A DNA stretch of 64,000 nucleotides from Daphnia carinata (Eukaryota), in NCBI RefSeq assembly GCF_022539665.2, contig NC_081331.1:1922001-1986000 (forward strand), read 5' to 3'. Position 1 is the stretch's first letter, and each line of letters begins with the position of its first letter. Below are positions 1-14,997 of the stretch, in pieces. A model generated the notes under the pieces. The model saw only the letters and a list, made by a program, of their open reading frames with translations, did not search any database and was not told the DNA's origin. Made by a program: the position numbers and the translations under genes.

Positions 1-3000
1 AGAAAGGATTCTACTCATAGCAGGGTTAACGTATAAGAATGGAGTACTAACGTTCGAAAGAAAAAAAAAATGAGAAGAAAAGGACGGAGGGAAATAAGGA
101 AAAGAAATAGAAAAGGCGGAAAACAATTGGGGAGAAGAAAAAATAAAAGTGGACGAAAGTGAAGAATTGCGGGAGGGGAGATGTCGCCCGGAAATATTCA
201 TTTGGTTAATTACCCAAGACGTTGATAGTGATTGACACAAACGGAATCATTGCGAACAAGAAAAAAGGGGGAAGACAAAGAGAACATTGCGGTCTATTGG
301 TTTCTAAATGTAGCCCTTAAAAGTAATTTCATTTATTTTTTAATCAACTCGTCATCGGTTCGGCCGACCACTTTTCGTTTGTTCCCACCCTCTCCATTTC
401 AACGTCCTATCCTGTTTGATCATCTTTGATTAGCCTATTCTTCATCTTTACGACAGATAAGCAATTCCACGACCTGTGGTCATTATAATAACTGAATTAG
501 TAGAGCACTATGCGCTTAGTTCGGTGACACGTAACGAGATTGATCCATTTCGCTATCCTTTCTTTGCAAAATCGCTTCAAAGGCCTATAATTTTAAGGTG
601 AAATGATTCCTTCCTCTTCATCAAATTTCCATCTTTTTCCAGAAATACCAACAGTGGAGGCTGGAGTGCTTGTTATCCTTTGGGCGTGTGCAGCACGCTC
701 GAAGCCACGTTCGAAATACTTCCACTACTTTGAAAGACACTGGTTTTTTTCAACTTACGCAATTGAAGTGCACTACATCTTAATCTGTTCTCTTCTCGTG
801 CGAGGACTCGAGATTTCCTTATCGACTCCAACTCTTTCCGGATATTTTCACGTTCCTCACGGCCACGTCTAGAGCTTTGCACGCCACTGGAGAGCTCAAT
901 TGACTAATAGATAGTCGACACAAGTAGAGTAAAGGTATTTTTTTAGCCTGGTGGTTATAGTTAATAACAGAAATTACAATCTTCGCTATGAATAGGAAGG
1001 TTGCGTATGAAAGGGGAAGGTTACATGCATCCTCCTTCTTCGCTATTACTGAGCAAACACAGCCAATGATGTGCAGTGTGTCTATCAGCCAACGTAATTT
1101 CCTGTTTCCGGTTCCCGGCATTCTTGCCTCATTGTGAACTCTGAGCAGCCAAACAGAAAATCTTTCCCAGCTCAAAATTTTTTTCTTTTTTGGAAATTAT
1201 TATTTTCATTATTTTTCCTGTTTTGGCGAGTTGTTCTCGCATCAGTGGAACTCTTTCTTATCTTCATCATTAGCATGAGAACACTATTGTTCACAATGTC
1301 TGGCCTCTCCATTTTTCTTGGTATAATCTTTTTGTTCCGTTTTTTTTTTTGTTCCCTCCATTAGCATATATGGCATAACCTGCTATGTTCCTTTTTTCGA
1401 TCGCTTTTAAAATTCAAACAAAAGCTTTTTGATGTTTAAAGTTGGACGGAAGCAGCCAACGTTTTGTTTGCCTTCACTTTTCGAACTCTCGTTAATGGAT
1501 TAGACCTATAACTACTACCTAACAAGCTATATAGTTTTGCCGTTCGCCGCGAACCGTGTTTGAACTCAGAGTTGTTTAGCTACCGCACGACTGGCGCAAG
1601 TTAAAACTTTGAAAATACCTAAAAGGTGATGAGAAAAGTAAAGCGTTTGTCTGGTCCGTTTTTTTTTTGTTTTTTTTTTTATTTGGCGAACGAATTTTAG
1701 TTCTGACTGGCATTTATTTAAAAGCAAAAGTAAGAAACTGTGTAAGCAATTTCCATCTAGCCGTTTGTGTATAGTGAAGGGTTTGGAGCAAAAAGAGAGT
1801 CACATCTTTCGCCCGTGTTGTTAGATCTATTTCTCTAGCGAAGCTTATAGTTATGTGTCTTTTGTTTTATTCGATGTATAGCTAAAAGCGCTCTACTAGC
1901 AGCCATCTTTCCAATTCCAGTTGCATTAGCCAGCGCTCTTCTTTTTTTACCGCTCCAAACATTCCCGCAGTGCCCGACATTCTATCACAACAGTCAATCA
2001 TAAGACTGGCCAGGACTTGTTCCGTTTTTTTTTTTGGCTCGTCGGCCCACCAAAGCCCCCGCCGTTTCCACCGTCGTGCCAATAATGTGAAGAAAAACGA
2101 AACAACGCCAATAAAAAAATAGGAAAAAATAAGAAGACAAAGAATGGAACCAAAAAAAAAAAGAGAAAGGAAAAAGAAACAAATGAAATACAAATCATAA
2201 AAACTGGACGTGGGGGGCTGTTGTCTTCGGAAAATTCTCTCTTTCTCTACGGCTGGAACAGTTTGCGCTATATTCGGGATAACGTTGGACCGTGCGCTTC
2301 AGAAGAACGCAACGAATTGCTCAGATCGAATAATATTTTATAGCCCTTTTGTTCTATTCAGGATATACAGTAGAGTCATATACTTCCTGTTTATACTCGT
2401 TGACGTAGATAGCAATGCTGAAGAAAGTTTGGAATTAACTCTCCGCCCAAAGTGAAAACATCCGACAGAATTGACAAGGAAAAATACATGGAGAAACCAT
2501 CATCACACAATAGTGTACACGTAAGTAATATGGGAATTTTATTTTAATGCGTATAAATAATTTTTCCGTTTAACATAAAGGCGTTACAACTTTCACCTGT
2601 AATAAACGAGAGAAAAAAAAATACTCTCATGTTTTCTATTATCTCTCGTTTCTCTTTCGTTTATCAATTTTTTTCTAGTGAGCTGGTCCTGAGAAAACAA
2701 AGTTTCCGTCCACTCTCAGTCCGTGCCTACCCGATGCTCTATTACGTTTTTCTCGTTTCCCTTCGATTTGGAGCGATGACGCATCTCTTACTTCTCGACA
2801 TTTCTACTCCGATCGTCTTTCCCTTCATTTTCTCTTGATTCTTCACGACTAGAACGTTCCCTCCCTGCACTTCATCCTGTATTACCCGATAAAGCATCGG
2901 GTACAAGGAACTAAATCCGCGTTCCGCGCTTCGATCCAAGAGGATCTCGTTTAATCGGCACCGTCCCCGAGGACGGATAAATGTCTTATAAACAAGCTTT

Positions 3001-6000
3001 TCTCAAGGGCCGAGAAATTCTTTTTCACTTCATTTTTACCCTTCTTTTTTCACCGTGAAGACTCTTGTTTCTAGCGACCTTCGTCGGTGTTTGTCTCCAT
3101 TGCTGAGGTCCGCCATCTTCAATCACAATCTCGTCCAGTAGCGAGCCTCCTCCTTTCCCCCCTGCTGGTTATTATATTTTTCGTGTACAGTCAGCTGAAA
3201 CATCAAAGTGAACATGAAACGAATTGGTGGTAGTGCGCGAACGGAGACATTGGCAAATCAAAAGCGATGTGGAAATAGATTGGGTTATCGGTACGATGCG
3301 TGTATACTCTTTTCGAAAACCGAGAAAACGTCCTCTTGAAAAAAAAAAAAAAAGGAAAAACGACAATGGAATAAAGAGAGTCGCAAATTGAAAAGAAAAA
3401 GAGAAGATAAAAAAAAAAAAGTAGAGAGGCAAGAGGAAGGAGGACGTTTGGAACAAGGAAATAAAGAACAATGTCCACACATAAGAAGATGGGGTAACTG
3501 GAAAAGAAGTGGGAGACAAAGAGGGAGGACATAGAGAGTTGGAGATAAGCCGTCGTCGAGATTGAAATGCCACGCTGATTGAGTTTTATATAAGGTTGCC
3601 CAATTTCAGATCCAATCTAATGGGGGAGGAGCTCATAAAGAAGCGACCGAGGAAAAAAGTCCTTAACAGTGGAAGAAGTTGCAACCGTTTCATGGAACAA
3701 ATCACTACTCTCAAAGGGCCAGTGCATATACCGAGAATGCGACAAGATCGGCTGTATATGTATGACCCCAAAGAGAACTAAAAGCAGATCCAATCGCGCG
3801 TATGTGTCCACGCTGTGCTGGGCATCGGCCAACCAATGTTTTGTGTGTAATCATCGACTGTAACAATCAACTCGTAAAGTTGGTATACCGTACAAAAAGT
3901 TCTTGTCCAGTTTCCCGCATGTGGACACACCATTCCAACTTTTGTCGTCGTCCAAAACTTGATAACGACTGTGTTGCTACACACGTCCTTCACGTAGTCA
4001 GGGCAAACTATTTATATTTATAAAATTATTTTATTTAGATTGTGATGTAAATTTCTTTCGTGTGGACGTTTGACGTGTAAATTTCGTATTCAAGCCGTTC
4101 TTTTTGACATTTTTCTTTTTAAAACTTGCTTTAACAAGATTGCCACCAGTTGTGTACAACTTTAGCTTCAATCTTCAGGGAATATAGACGATTCAAGATT
4201 TTCTAAATCGATTTTCGTGTCTCCAGCAATTCTATCTCAAAAGGGAGAAAAAAAAAATGCTCTTTTCATGTCTTCCTTTCTCTCTCTATATCTTGCTCTG
4301 TTATTTAGTATAGATAAGAGATAAAAAGCGTGTGTCTGTAGGCACGGCTATAATCGGTGGCGCTCCAATTTCCTGAGCCATTATTTCCCTTCGGAGTTGT
4401 CGTCCTGCTACGACGCAACGTACAGCGTGAATTTCTTATACACATCCGGATTGGATTGTCGGCCAAGCGTTCAAAGGCCAAAAGGTGAGTGCCTATAGAC
4501 TCTACGTCTCGTGAAAAAGACATACGCTCCAAGTATATGGTTTCTTGTTGGAAAGAAATATATAAACCTTTCTATTCCAGTAGTTTGGCGCAAAACCTAG
4601 TAAAATTGACATAACGATCCACATTTATTTACACCACGCGTCACGTAAACAGTTAACGCGAGAAAAAGCATTCGAGAAAAGCATCAAGATAAATCCTATT
4701 TTGATTTCTGATCCCGCACAGCGGAAGTTGGCGGTGTCAAACAAGAATCGCAGTGATACAAGGACTGTTTTGTGTGTGTGTGTGTGACTTGGTATAATCG
4801 ATGGCGTGAGAAACACACTCGTATATATCAAGAAGCAAAGTACTCTACGGAATTGAGATTGGCTAATATCCACGGGTGCAGCAGAGCTTGTGTCAGCCCG
4901 TGACAGCTGACGGGCAGCTCGTCGCGCTCGGTCATTCGGATCCTGATTTGAATGCAAATGGACAGGATCATCAGGAATTATTTAGGGGTTTGGGGCAAAA
5001 GGGATGTCTTGGGTTGTACACTTCACCGATTCACGGCCACACACACTCCTGACGAGTTATCGTTTTTTTTTTCTTTCTTGGCATCATTCCCGATTTTTAT
5101 TTCTTCTTTTCTTATTTCTTTTTTTTTTTTTTTTGCTATTTTATTTCTTTTCCATTCAGTGGTTTTTTCTACCCCTTCTGTCCGCCCACGTCTTTCCTTG
5201 TCGTGATTTTCTTCCAACGTCTTCCTCCTCAAGTGTTCCCTCTGCGACTCTAGTTATTTCCCCTTTTCTAAGAGGATTCAGATTTTCTCAAGCAAAACAG
5301 GCTTCAAAAGAAAGTGAATGAGTTTCCCAAACGAAAACCAGATTTACTGATGACGTTTTCCTCTTTTCTTTTCAGGTGTGTCATCTTCGCTCTTGCAGAA
5401 TGCAAGAGCCTGTGCGTTCAATTAAAAGGAAAGGGGCGGAAAAAAGAAGTTTAAATCATGTTTCCAATCAGCTTCTTTTCCCTTTTTTTTTCAATGTTCT
5501 CTTCTTTTCGCTCTTCTTTTCATGGGTTTGTTAAAAATAGAAGAAAAATAAAAGAAAGCGCACGTTTGCATAAAACGTGTAGGTCTACCTTTCATCCTGT
5601 GTTGGCCAACATGCACATAAACATCAACGCTGTTCGATATTTCATTAAAGCTAATGCGCTCCGTGTCAACGCTTTGAATCCGGGGCGTGCCTCATATCCG
5701 GATTAAATGAAAACGAGATCTACATATATCAAATCAGCTGCGTGTGTCCGACGTGAAACTCTTCCCTGCGTACCGCCCGACATCAATAGTCGGCCGGTTT
5801 ACATTCCCAGGCAAGTGAAAATCCTCATTTTCAGTTCGCTTTCTTTATTGAAACGTTCGGCGTACCAGACGAAACCAAATATTATTTCGAAACGGAAAAC
5901 AATGAACGAACTCACCTTCGTGACTTTGATGAAGAAGTGGAGACACGGCCATTGTTTTTTGGCCCCGCTCAGAAGAATTAATGAACTGCAGTCGCCAAAT

Positions 6001-9000
6001 TGCCAATGAAATTTGATTAGATTTTCTCCGCGCCTGAAAGAGGGTGAACAAAATGTTTCATTTAAATTCAAATTCCAGACATTATGCAATTTCCTAATGA
6101 GCTGCTAACAAGTATTCTGTGATGGATTGGCATTCAGGCAGTCAGATTGATTTACTTTCCTTAAATTTAGCAGTTCGGATTTAGAGCAAAGGTCTTTGTT
6201 CACCTTATGACTCGACAACAACGAAGCGACCGACATACGTCGCTACGCACGTCATCCACAATTCACTCGTTTATCGTTCTCAGTTTATGAAAAGGAGAGA
6301 TCCCTTTCTCGGATTCTTGTCTCGATTTTCCCAGACATTTCCATATCACGTACATAGCCATAAGCATTCACCCGATCCTCCCAAAGACACACACGCATTT
6401 CCTATAGTTCGTCTTCCTCCTTTCATTGATCGTCTCAATGGTGTATATACCAACGGGCTTTTATCCTTCGTTTTTTTTTCATATTGAATTTCCTTCTGAA
6501 TTATTCAAAAGAATGGGCGGATAATACCATACCGTGTGCTGTGTACACAAACCCGAAAGGGTGGTTGCTTGCTCTATCTACCGCTGGTCGTGTCAAAAGA
6601 CCAGTAGGAGCTGTATAATACATAAAGTCCTTCTCTTGCTTTCTCTGCTCCGCTTGTGATTGCCTTACTTTTGGGCGGCTTTCCCAATAGTTTCCATTCA
6701 CGTCCAGCAAGCAGAAAAGGTGACCTTCTATAATACTTGTATATATATATACACAGTATATCGCAGCTGTTTACGTGACGTAATGTTTGATTCGTCTTTA
6801 CTACGTCAGTCTGCCTTCCTGAAACGAGCTAGAATGATCTTGAAGTTGATGGCATCGTCACAGGCTATATAAGAAGATAAGGTCCTAATAGGTTTTGATG
6901 ACATTTGAACGAGTCCCGTCGCCAGTTGAGAGCGCGCAGCAGTTCTACAACTTACTCGATTCCTGAATGATATAAGAATCAAGTTGCTCGCCATTTTTAT
7001 TTTTCAGCTCATTGATTACATAGAAATATTCAAGGATAATATTCTGCCTATTCTTCCGCATGCAGACGCAGTTCCAGTTTTTAGATTTGTATAACGACTT
7101 GATTTTCCTTCCTTCCTCTTCTTTTTTTTTTATATTGTTGTTTTGAATACAAAGAATAGCTGAAATAAAAACACACACATGCAGGATGGAGGAGGAACTG
7201 TTTCTTTAATATCATGTTTGTATGCCCTGTGTGTTCTTTGCTATACACAGACGATTAAGTAGATATAGTGATATGCAACGCAAGCCAACAGCCTTGTTAT
7301 TTCCATCATGTAAGACTAGTCCCCCTTTCTTCTTCCCTTTATGGGTATTTTGTCATAGAAACTGTCGTCTGTACGGTAGGGACAAAAAGAAAAGTGAAAC
7401 TATAAAGAGCGACGTGCTCATTCCCGAATGGCTGTATTTACTTCTAACAACAAATCTCAACCGTATATAGTTTGTTTTTAAGCACTTCGTCTCCTCTTTG
7501 CTCGTCAGACAGGCACTGAGTCGCATTTAAAAAAAGACAACAACAACAAAACTAGAGTCTACTACAATCAGAGGCTTTTTTCTGTTGCATTCACGAGATT
7601 AGTCCAATTATACGCTTTTGTTTCTGTATACATGGAATTTTTGGTGGAAAACGTTATAAGCCCGACTGGCGAATTAGTTTGTTATAATGCTGCTGCAGTG
7701 AGTGCCAGAAAAAGAAAAAAAGAGGCAATGGGTTGAACGAGACGACGAGAGAGCAACTGGAGCAAACCTCACAAACCACAAGCCTTGATGAGCTTAAACT
7801 GCCAGACAAGGAAGAAAGAAAGAAGACGTCTCTTCTTCTTCCTTTTTTTTTTCTTTTTAATTCTCTCGCAGTGGCGCGGCAGGAGATTATCTGCAATCAC
7901 GAGGTCTAATCCTTTCGTATAAGACAGCCGGCGAAGAGTTGGCCAAATGGGTTGTCCCACTCTGGTGAGGGGGTGTGTGTTCGTATTATGTGGTGACGAC
8001 GAGCTGCGGAACGCGTCGTGGCTTTTCTCGTTCGTGTTGGCCGAGGAAAGAAAAGAAAATAATAAAAAGAAAGAACTGCTCGTCTATGTACTTCACTACG
8101 TTCTCTACTGTCTTCCCCCCTTTCTTTTTTCTCCTTCAAGCTCCTCGTCTATAGCCCAATCTTTTATTGATCCATGATTGACTCTAGCGTTTTTCCTTAT
8201 TCCCGCCTTATATATATATATATATCAGGAGTTGATGTATATGAAAACAGCACCCAAGAACAACCTCCAGTTCTTTTATAGAGCAGTCAGGAGCGGGACG
8301 ATCCCAATGGCATGGCGGTTCACCCGCAATCGACCGACGTCTAGTGCACTATAAGTAACCTAATCTCAGTGTATATTGACTGATGATGTCGTCCTTTGTC
8401 GGCAACTAAACGACTGTCCACTGTGAGCAACAAAGCAATGCTGCCTTGCCGATCCTTTTGGCATACAAGCAGAAAAGACATGTCATCAATGCATGAGGAT
8501 GGCAAAAACGAAAATAGATCGTTTGTGAACTGATTCGATTTAACATCAGGCCTGCATTGCCACTCTCTTGGCAGCTACGGGGGGAGTCTTCCTATCGACA
8601 TTGCCAGGACAAAAAAAATGGCGACGATTTGAAAAATCCAACACAATCATAACAAATAGAAAAAAAAAGGAGGAAGAAGTGGCACCTATTTATACTCCGT
8701 ATGTCTGCCTTTACATAGTGCCGTTCACGATGTATATCCGTCCTGAAATTCGATATCCGTAGACGACGCACTCGTGCTTTGTTTTCCTATTTGTTCGCTT
8801 TTTGTTGTTTTTTTCTTAGTTGTTTGGTTTTAAAAGTAAACCACTGGCTGGTGGCCAGACATGGATGATCCTTACAGTCTTTTTTTTCCCCACCCAAAAT
8901 GTGCATTTCTGAGATGACAAAAATAATTATAGGAAAGAACTCCTCGGAGGCTTTGAAGCGCGATCTGGTTTTGACTTCTTTTTTTCTAGATGTTATTCTT

Positions 9001-9984
9001 TTCTTGTTTAGTTGAGATGTGTGGATTGCTGTCATTCCTAGCCGCTCCTCCCAAGTCGGTTGCACTGGATATTGAACTGTCACCCAAGGTACAGTACATC
9101 CTACTGTAGTAGTTTCTCATTTTTTTTTTTTTCTAGCTCTCTTTCTCTCTCTCTCTCAACTCCAGCAATCTTTTTTCCAGCGAGAAGATTCATCTCTCTC
9201 ACTCTCCCATTTCTTCTGTTTCTTCTATATTTTTTCAGAGCCAAAAGCAACTGGCGAAGCGCAGCGGCAGCAGCTGCTGGCATTCCGTCTCTATTTTCAT
9301 CGATACGTGCGTGTGTGTGTGTGTGTATATAACAGGCAGAAAGGAAAAAAAGGAGAAATGAAAACGAAGAAGATACTGACGAAAGTTGAAATGGGAAGAG
9401 AGGGGAGTGCGGAGAAGAAACGGGATGTGACGTGCTACGCACCGCCCTCCTGTTCCATATACGGAACAAAACAGGAAGAATAGAAATACGGATGGAGCTT
9501 GTGAGTATGTCTTGTTGTCGTCGTCGATGCTCGTGTGTGTATGCCTTTTTGCCGACAGACAATTTACGATGCTCAGAAGGCCGCAAGACCTGACAACACA
9601 TTGAGACACGGCCAGCTCACATATAGGAGTCTCTTAACCACGTCCCTAATGCACCGCTTACGGCTGACGCTGTCAATATAGCCTAACTTCTTTTTTCTTA
9701 CCGCCTCGAATGTTTTGATTTTTAATTTAATCTTAAGCCCCAATCCGTGCGACTAGCAATCTTCACGAAAATTGTCTCTCCTTTTCTTCTCGCTTAACCT
9801 TTGATTTCTTCGTAATCTACCCAAACATTTGCGACGGCCGTGTGGGTGTAGCTACTAGTGGTTAATACAAGCGAGTTTAGGGCTTATAAATCCCACTGCT
9901 CGGTAACGAACCATTACTGTTTGTAGTTTTTCTGTGTTGGAGCAACAGTCGAGGTCCTTTTTCAAAATAGAAAACCCAAAAGCT

Positions 9985-9987
<3 letters not shown>

Positions 9988-10022
<35 letters not shown>
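9988..10022. repeat. (GA)n microsatellite
   Basis: Uninterrupted GA dinucleotide run read directly. Confidence 0.95.
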
Positions 10023-10027
<5 letters not shown>

Positions 10028-13000
10028 GAGGGCGGAAGAGGAGACGACGTATCACAGGGGGTAGTAAAAGAAAAGATGCTGCCGGTGTATTTCAAGCGGA
10101 GGCGCTAGCAACAGCGGTGAGTGCCGGAGCATCGTTTTCCTTTCGCCTGGACTGCCATGGAAAGGGGGAGAGACAAACACTCACGTAACATTCCGAACAC
10201 GCGTCCCAAAATTATTGTTAAGCAGAAGCAACAGAAGAGTGAGTTGAAAGACAAGGAGAACCATTTCTTTTTCTTTTTCCACAAACTCATACTGCGCTCC
10301 ACGTAGGACTATAACTGAGTCAAACAGTCAGAAACAATATAGTCTTCTGTTGACATCGTGTCCAGTTTTACGTAGGACGACGTCCGTATATTTTTATTCA
10401 AGAATGGAACGAGAAAGATGTGAAAAGTAACAAATTGCCTTTGCGTGTGTATGCTGTTGTTGCTGCTGTTCCATGTTGGGAGGCATAAATCCTACAACTG
10501 TGGCATATTCTACATCGTAGAGTAGAAGATTTGCAGACAAAGGAAAAAGGAACGACCGAGGCAAAAATAATGACTAACCATTTCCTGCCATTCCCCATTT
10601 CTCCGTTTCTTGTTGCCCTTTACTTTGCTAGACTTCACTTCCCAACAACCATCAATAAGAGGGAGAGAGACCGTGGGCAGCCAATAGGCGAATGAGAGTC
10701 TGATAACGCAATCAACCATAAGTCATTGCTCTCAATTCGGCAAATTTTTTTTGTACAAAAATGCAAACAGGAAATGTCGACTTACAAATGATCGGCACAA
10801 CGGGACGTTGGAATGAGATGCAACAGACGAACCCAAGTCGAGTCCACCAGTTCACAAGCAAACCGACTATCAATCAGTTTGACAAGTTGATACTATTTGA
10901 AAAAATAATAGCTCTATAAACTCCTGTTTTGAATCACAAAACGGCACTGGTGGCTCTTTTTGCCCTTATCGTCCACTAATAGGACAGAAACGAACTTGAG
11001 CCCGTAAAAAAATGATCTCCAAGCTCACTCGTCGGCAGTTCAATCAGCTTTTCAACAATTTGAATGAAAGCAGTAAGGGCTCACTTAAACTGCAAACATT
11101 TCTTCACATGTCCAAAAGAAAAACTGAATATTACAGCGCACAAGCTTGGATGTACACGGAGGCCGAAGAAGATCGAGACGTGGGTTTCCTTAACGTGCCC
11201 AGACACAATACTGAAGTTGCCAGTCGTAAGGATGAAAAGGTTATATGCTTCATAGTACAGTAGGCTAGCACAGCACAGGAAGCCGGCAGCACCCGGCCCT
11301 ATCTTCTTTCATGGTATAACACGACGTCTTTGACGCGCCTGCGCTTCTCGCTCATTTAAAAGTGAAAAACGATATGGGGGAATTTATTCAAAAAAGAAAA
11401 CAAATAAAGGGTAAAAAAAATAAAAGAGAGGAGAAGAGAAAAGAGTATTATATTACTGCTTGCCTATATGTGTTTTTGCCTGCAAGAGAAGTAAAAGAGC
11501 GAATCCCGATTTTCAATCTTATCTCTTCAACCTATTGGAATGTTCACGCTCAAAGGGACTCACGGCTGTTTTTTTCGAGCAGGCAAAGAAAAGGAAAAGG
11601 TGTTGTATTAGTAGTCCCTGACAATGTACCCCATTGTCACCCTGTGATGGTTAAGATAATAACGTGTCATATCAAACAAGAGCGTATGCGCTATAAAAAG
11701 CGCAACGATTTCTGATTGGGTCGTTTTTTTCGAACTTTACGACGAACAGAGTGAACTCATCTAAAAATAGAGAGAAATAGGAGTGGGGCCACTGTCAAAC
11801 AGACCAGTGATTGGCTCCTTTGACGTAACCCATATGTACATCTTCATGGATTCCTTGTTCTTTCCTCATTTATTTCGCTTGCTTTCTACTTCTTTTTTTT
11901 ACATACTTCGCTAATGAATTTCCAGCCGCTAGTTTTGATGTGGTTGACGTTTGTAGATGCCAGTCCTTCCGTCCCTCAATTCCTATGGTCCCAAAATTTA
12001 ACTACAGACGAAAGCTGTCCCGCCATATATGTTTTTTTTTTTGGTATGTCACAAATGCAAAAATGCGTAATGCATTAGGCAATTTTCCCTTTTTAATCTC
12101 AAATGAAAAGACTTTCAATTACATTTTTTTTTCGTTCCCACTGTAGGCTTTTTTTTTAAAAGTATGTTAGTGCTGTGGCCTTTAGATGAACGCACTGTAG
12201 AGATCATGAGACCTCTATGATAGAGGTGGTACAGGAAGTGTGAACGACAGCGAATGCAAAAGGGGAGTTGAAAGAAGGCGTAGAGAGATTGAGGAAATAA
12301 TAGAATAGGCCTACACAGCGTAGGCGGCAACGTATAAACCCCTATATGAATGTTTAAGGCAGCTACACAGACAACCCATTTTGAATCGCTACTGTATGAG
12401 CCTGCCGACGGCTGTCATTTCCGTTGAATATTCCAATGGTTCTTCTCGCCGACTTTTGTCAAAATCGCCTTGCTCTGCTTTGCTATTTCTCTGAGTGGAA
12501 TCGGCACTCTTTGTGCTTTACTGCAGATCACCATCTAAAGCTTTCTTTCCTACGTGCGAGGCCTTATGGTGCTCACTGCCACTGTGCGTTAGCCTTTGTT
12601 TCCTGATTACGCAGATTCCCATCAACGAGATTTGATCTTTCCTTACATGTTTTAGCATCGCTTTCGGCGTCTTTCAGTTCTCACGGCCAATAACCGTCAG
12701 CGGAGCACAACTAGTGAAACGCTCCTAGTTATTTCATAATTTTAAAATGGCTAAGAAAATTGTCATTACTGAACGTTATTAGGCTTAAGAAATCGAACAC
12801 CATACTTCTCTAAAAGTTCTGTTGAACTATATTGTGTTGATAAATAAACATGCGCCCTCCAAAAGGAATGTCACTTTAAGCTGATGTGAAGTAAAGCATC
12901 TGCTTGTTTTCATACGAAAGTGTATCGTGAAGTTCATAGGATTACTGTGCTACATTGCGTTAAAGTTGGCTTTTAAAGTTGTCTTTAACAGTTAAAAAAA

Positions 13001-13180
13001 AAAAAGGTCTTCTGTTAAAACGCTTGCAATAAAAAAAAGACCCTAGGAATATTCCGGTAGGGGTTTGTCTAGATTACTGAAACGACCACCCATTAGGTAA
13101 TATTTTTGCTAACAGATGGCAGTTCTCACGTTCATGATTCGAGGTAAATGTTTGACCGTTAGATGGCAATTACCGCTCAT

Positions 13181-13953
13181 TCAATTCGGGACAAATTTTG
13201 GGGAAAGGGGGATCTTCAAATAACCCTTGATGTTATTGTGAAAATCGGGTTTTGGTATTGTGTAATTTGTGTACTGGTCAAACATTTGGATTAAAAGTAT
13301 GTTTGAGTATTCTCCTCGCTGTGCCAATCGGCCTATTAGAATTAGTTTTGATAGAACAAAATAACTAAACATGTGTTGTGACGCCGATACAGAAACATTA
13401 CAGTCAGACTGTGGCAGATAATTCCGAATTCCACAGTGCTGATAACTTCGGGGGGAACAAATCACCAGAACAAAAAGGTATGTGAAGGATGAACATAGGT
13501 GGCAAAACTTGATGATACATGAACCCCATGTAAAAAAGAAAAAAACAGCAACCAAAAAGTAAATTAGTGACATTTACTAACCGATGACTTTGTCATACAG
13601 TATTTGTCTGCAAAGTCAACAAGGCCTTCAAATTTGACGAGGGCAATGTCGTTGTAAGTTCGCTTTGATAGTATTCCAGAGAATAGTGACAGACTACATT
13701 CCTTTCGATGAGTTGAATTTAGACAACAGTTAAACAACAGCAATTATCCTGTAACACAGTGAGCAGCAATGAGCCCGTGAGAAGACCCCAATAATAATAC
13801 TCCACACACGTCAGCACCCTCGTTTTCATCTTTCTTCAAAATAAAAGCTTGTCTGGAAGGCTCAACTACAGGAGTTGTTCCAGTATAGCATCTGTCATCA
13901 AATGTTGGCAAACGCTTTCTCCGATTTGGAGGCCATCTCGTCCGTTGAAACAT
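13181..13953 (-). pseudogene. Degenerate trypsin-like (S1) serine protease fragment
   Basis: The minus strand reads VCGVLLLGSSHGLIAAHCV (His motif, 13756-13767) and, 37 codons later in the same frame, YNDIALVKF (Asp motif, 13633-13653). An in-frame TAA at 13744-13746 lies between them. No GDSGG Ser motif was recognised in the downstream ORF 13181-13573, so the extent is uncertain. Confidence 0.55.
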
Positions 13954-14940
13954 ATGATACGAGCAACTTTACCTCTGTGGTTTCAGGATGGTGTCTGCGT
14001 TCGTTTTTAACAACGAAACTGTAGAGAGCAATGTAATGACAATTCACAATTAATTTAAGCGTGTCAAAAATTAGGTATTATATTCCGAAAATGTACCAAC
14101 ATTTACAGTTACATTAGAAAATTACGAAGTTTAGAATGCACTTTGGCTCAAATAGATTTCGAGCTTAAATTTTACGAATTACAACCAAGTAAATTTATTG
14201 CTAAAATGACAAACGAAGAATATAAAGCGGAAACTAACATACCTGACGGGCGGTGCGTCTGAAGATGGTGCCAAGGCAACATTTGCAGTGGAAGATCCCT
14301 GCAAGAATGTGAACTGAATTGTTGGCCACCGCCTTATATAAACGTCGACACGTTCCACGTCCTGGCTTTCCCAGAATAAAAGTCTAGGGTAGGGGTGCAA
14401 TTCTGAAGGCCGATAGCCGTAAGATAAACATTAACTTCCACGTGAACTCCGGGAGATGGCCGTTCCCCCTCGATGAACTCAAACGCTTGCACCTAAAATA
14501 AATGAATAACCTTGGGCAATTCAAAATAAAGAATCAAAACACCATTTTGACCTTTGCAGCTCAGTAGCTCACCCACCTGCACGATATGCACTAGCGTAGT
14601 TTTATCGCTTCGATTACCGGTGTAGTCATTCACACTTTTTCACATGAATTGATTTTGCCTTCACCAATTGGATACCTTTTATATTTTGTGGATACACCAA
14701 TCACGCACTAAATAAGCACTGCATCAGCACTTCGTCTTGCCTCTGCACTAGTTTAGTTCAGTTGCATATGCCATTTCACTGGGTCGTATAGCTAAATCAT
14801 TGCTTTTGCACAACATTACCCTGGTCATTTCATTTCACTATCTTATGCATTATTTAGCAGTAGCCATTGCTCGCAATCCGTTTCTCTATAATGAATTGAA
14901 TGTTTTGATCATGTCACACAATTTCCAAATGCCCCATCAC

Positions 14941-14997
14941 TCCTAAGGACCTCACGACTACTAATCCTAACGACCTCATGACTACTAATCCTAACGA
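14941..14997 (+). repeat. Short 24-bp tandem repeat (~2.4 copies)
   Basis: tcctaaggacctcacgactactaa / tcctaacgacctcatgactactaa / tcctaacga. Confidence 0.8.

Noticed and set aside
3586..4023. Cluster of overlapping short ORFs suggesting a TE or gene fragment
   Set aside because: No recognisable motif in the frames examined; stops throughout.
7947..7970. Possible micro first exon MGCPTL|gtgagg (and MEL|gtgagt near 9493-9506)
   Set aside because: Only an ATG plus a donor-like hexamer; no downstream exons could be linked.
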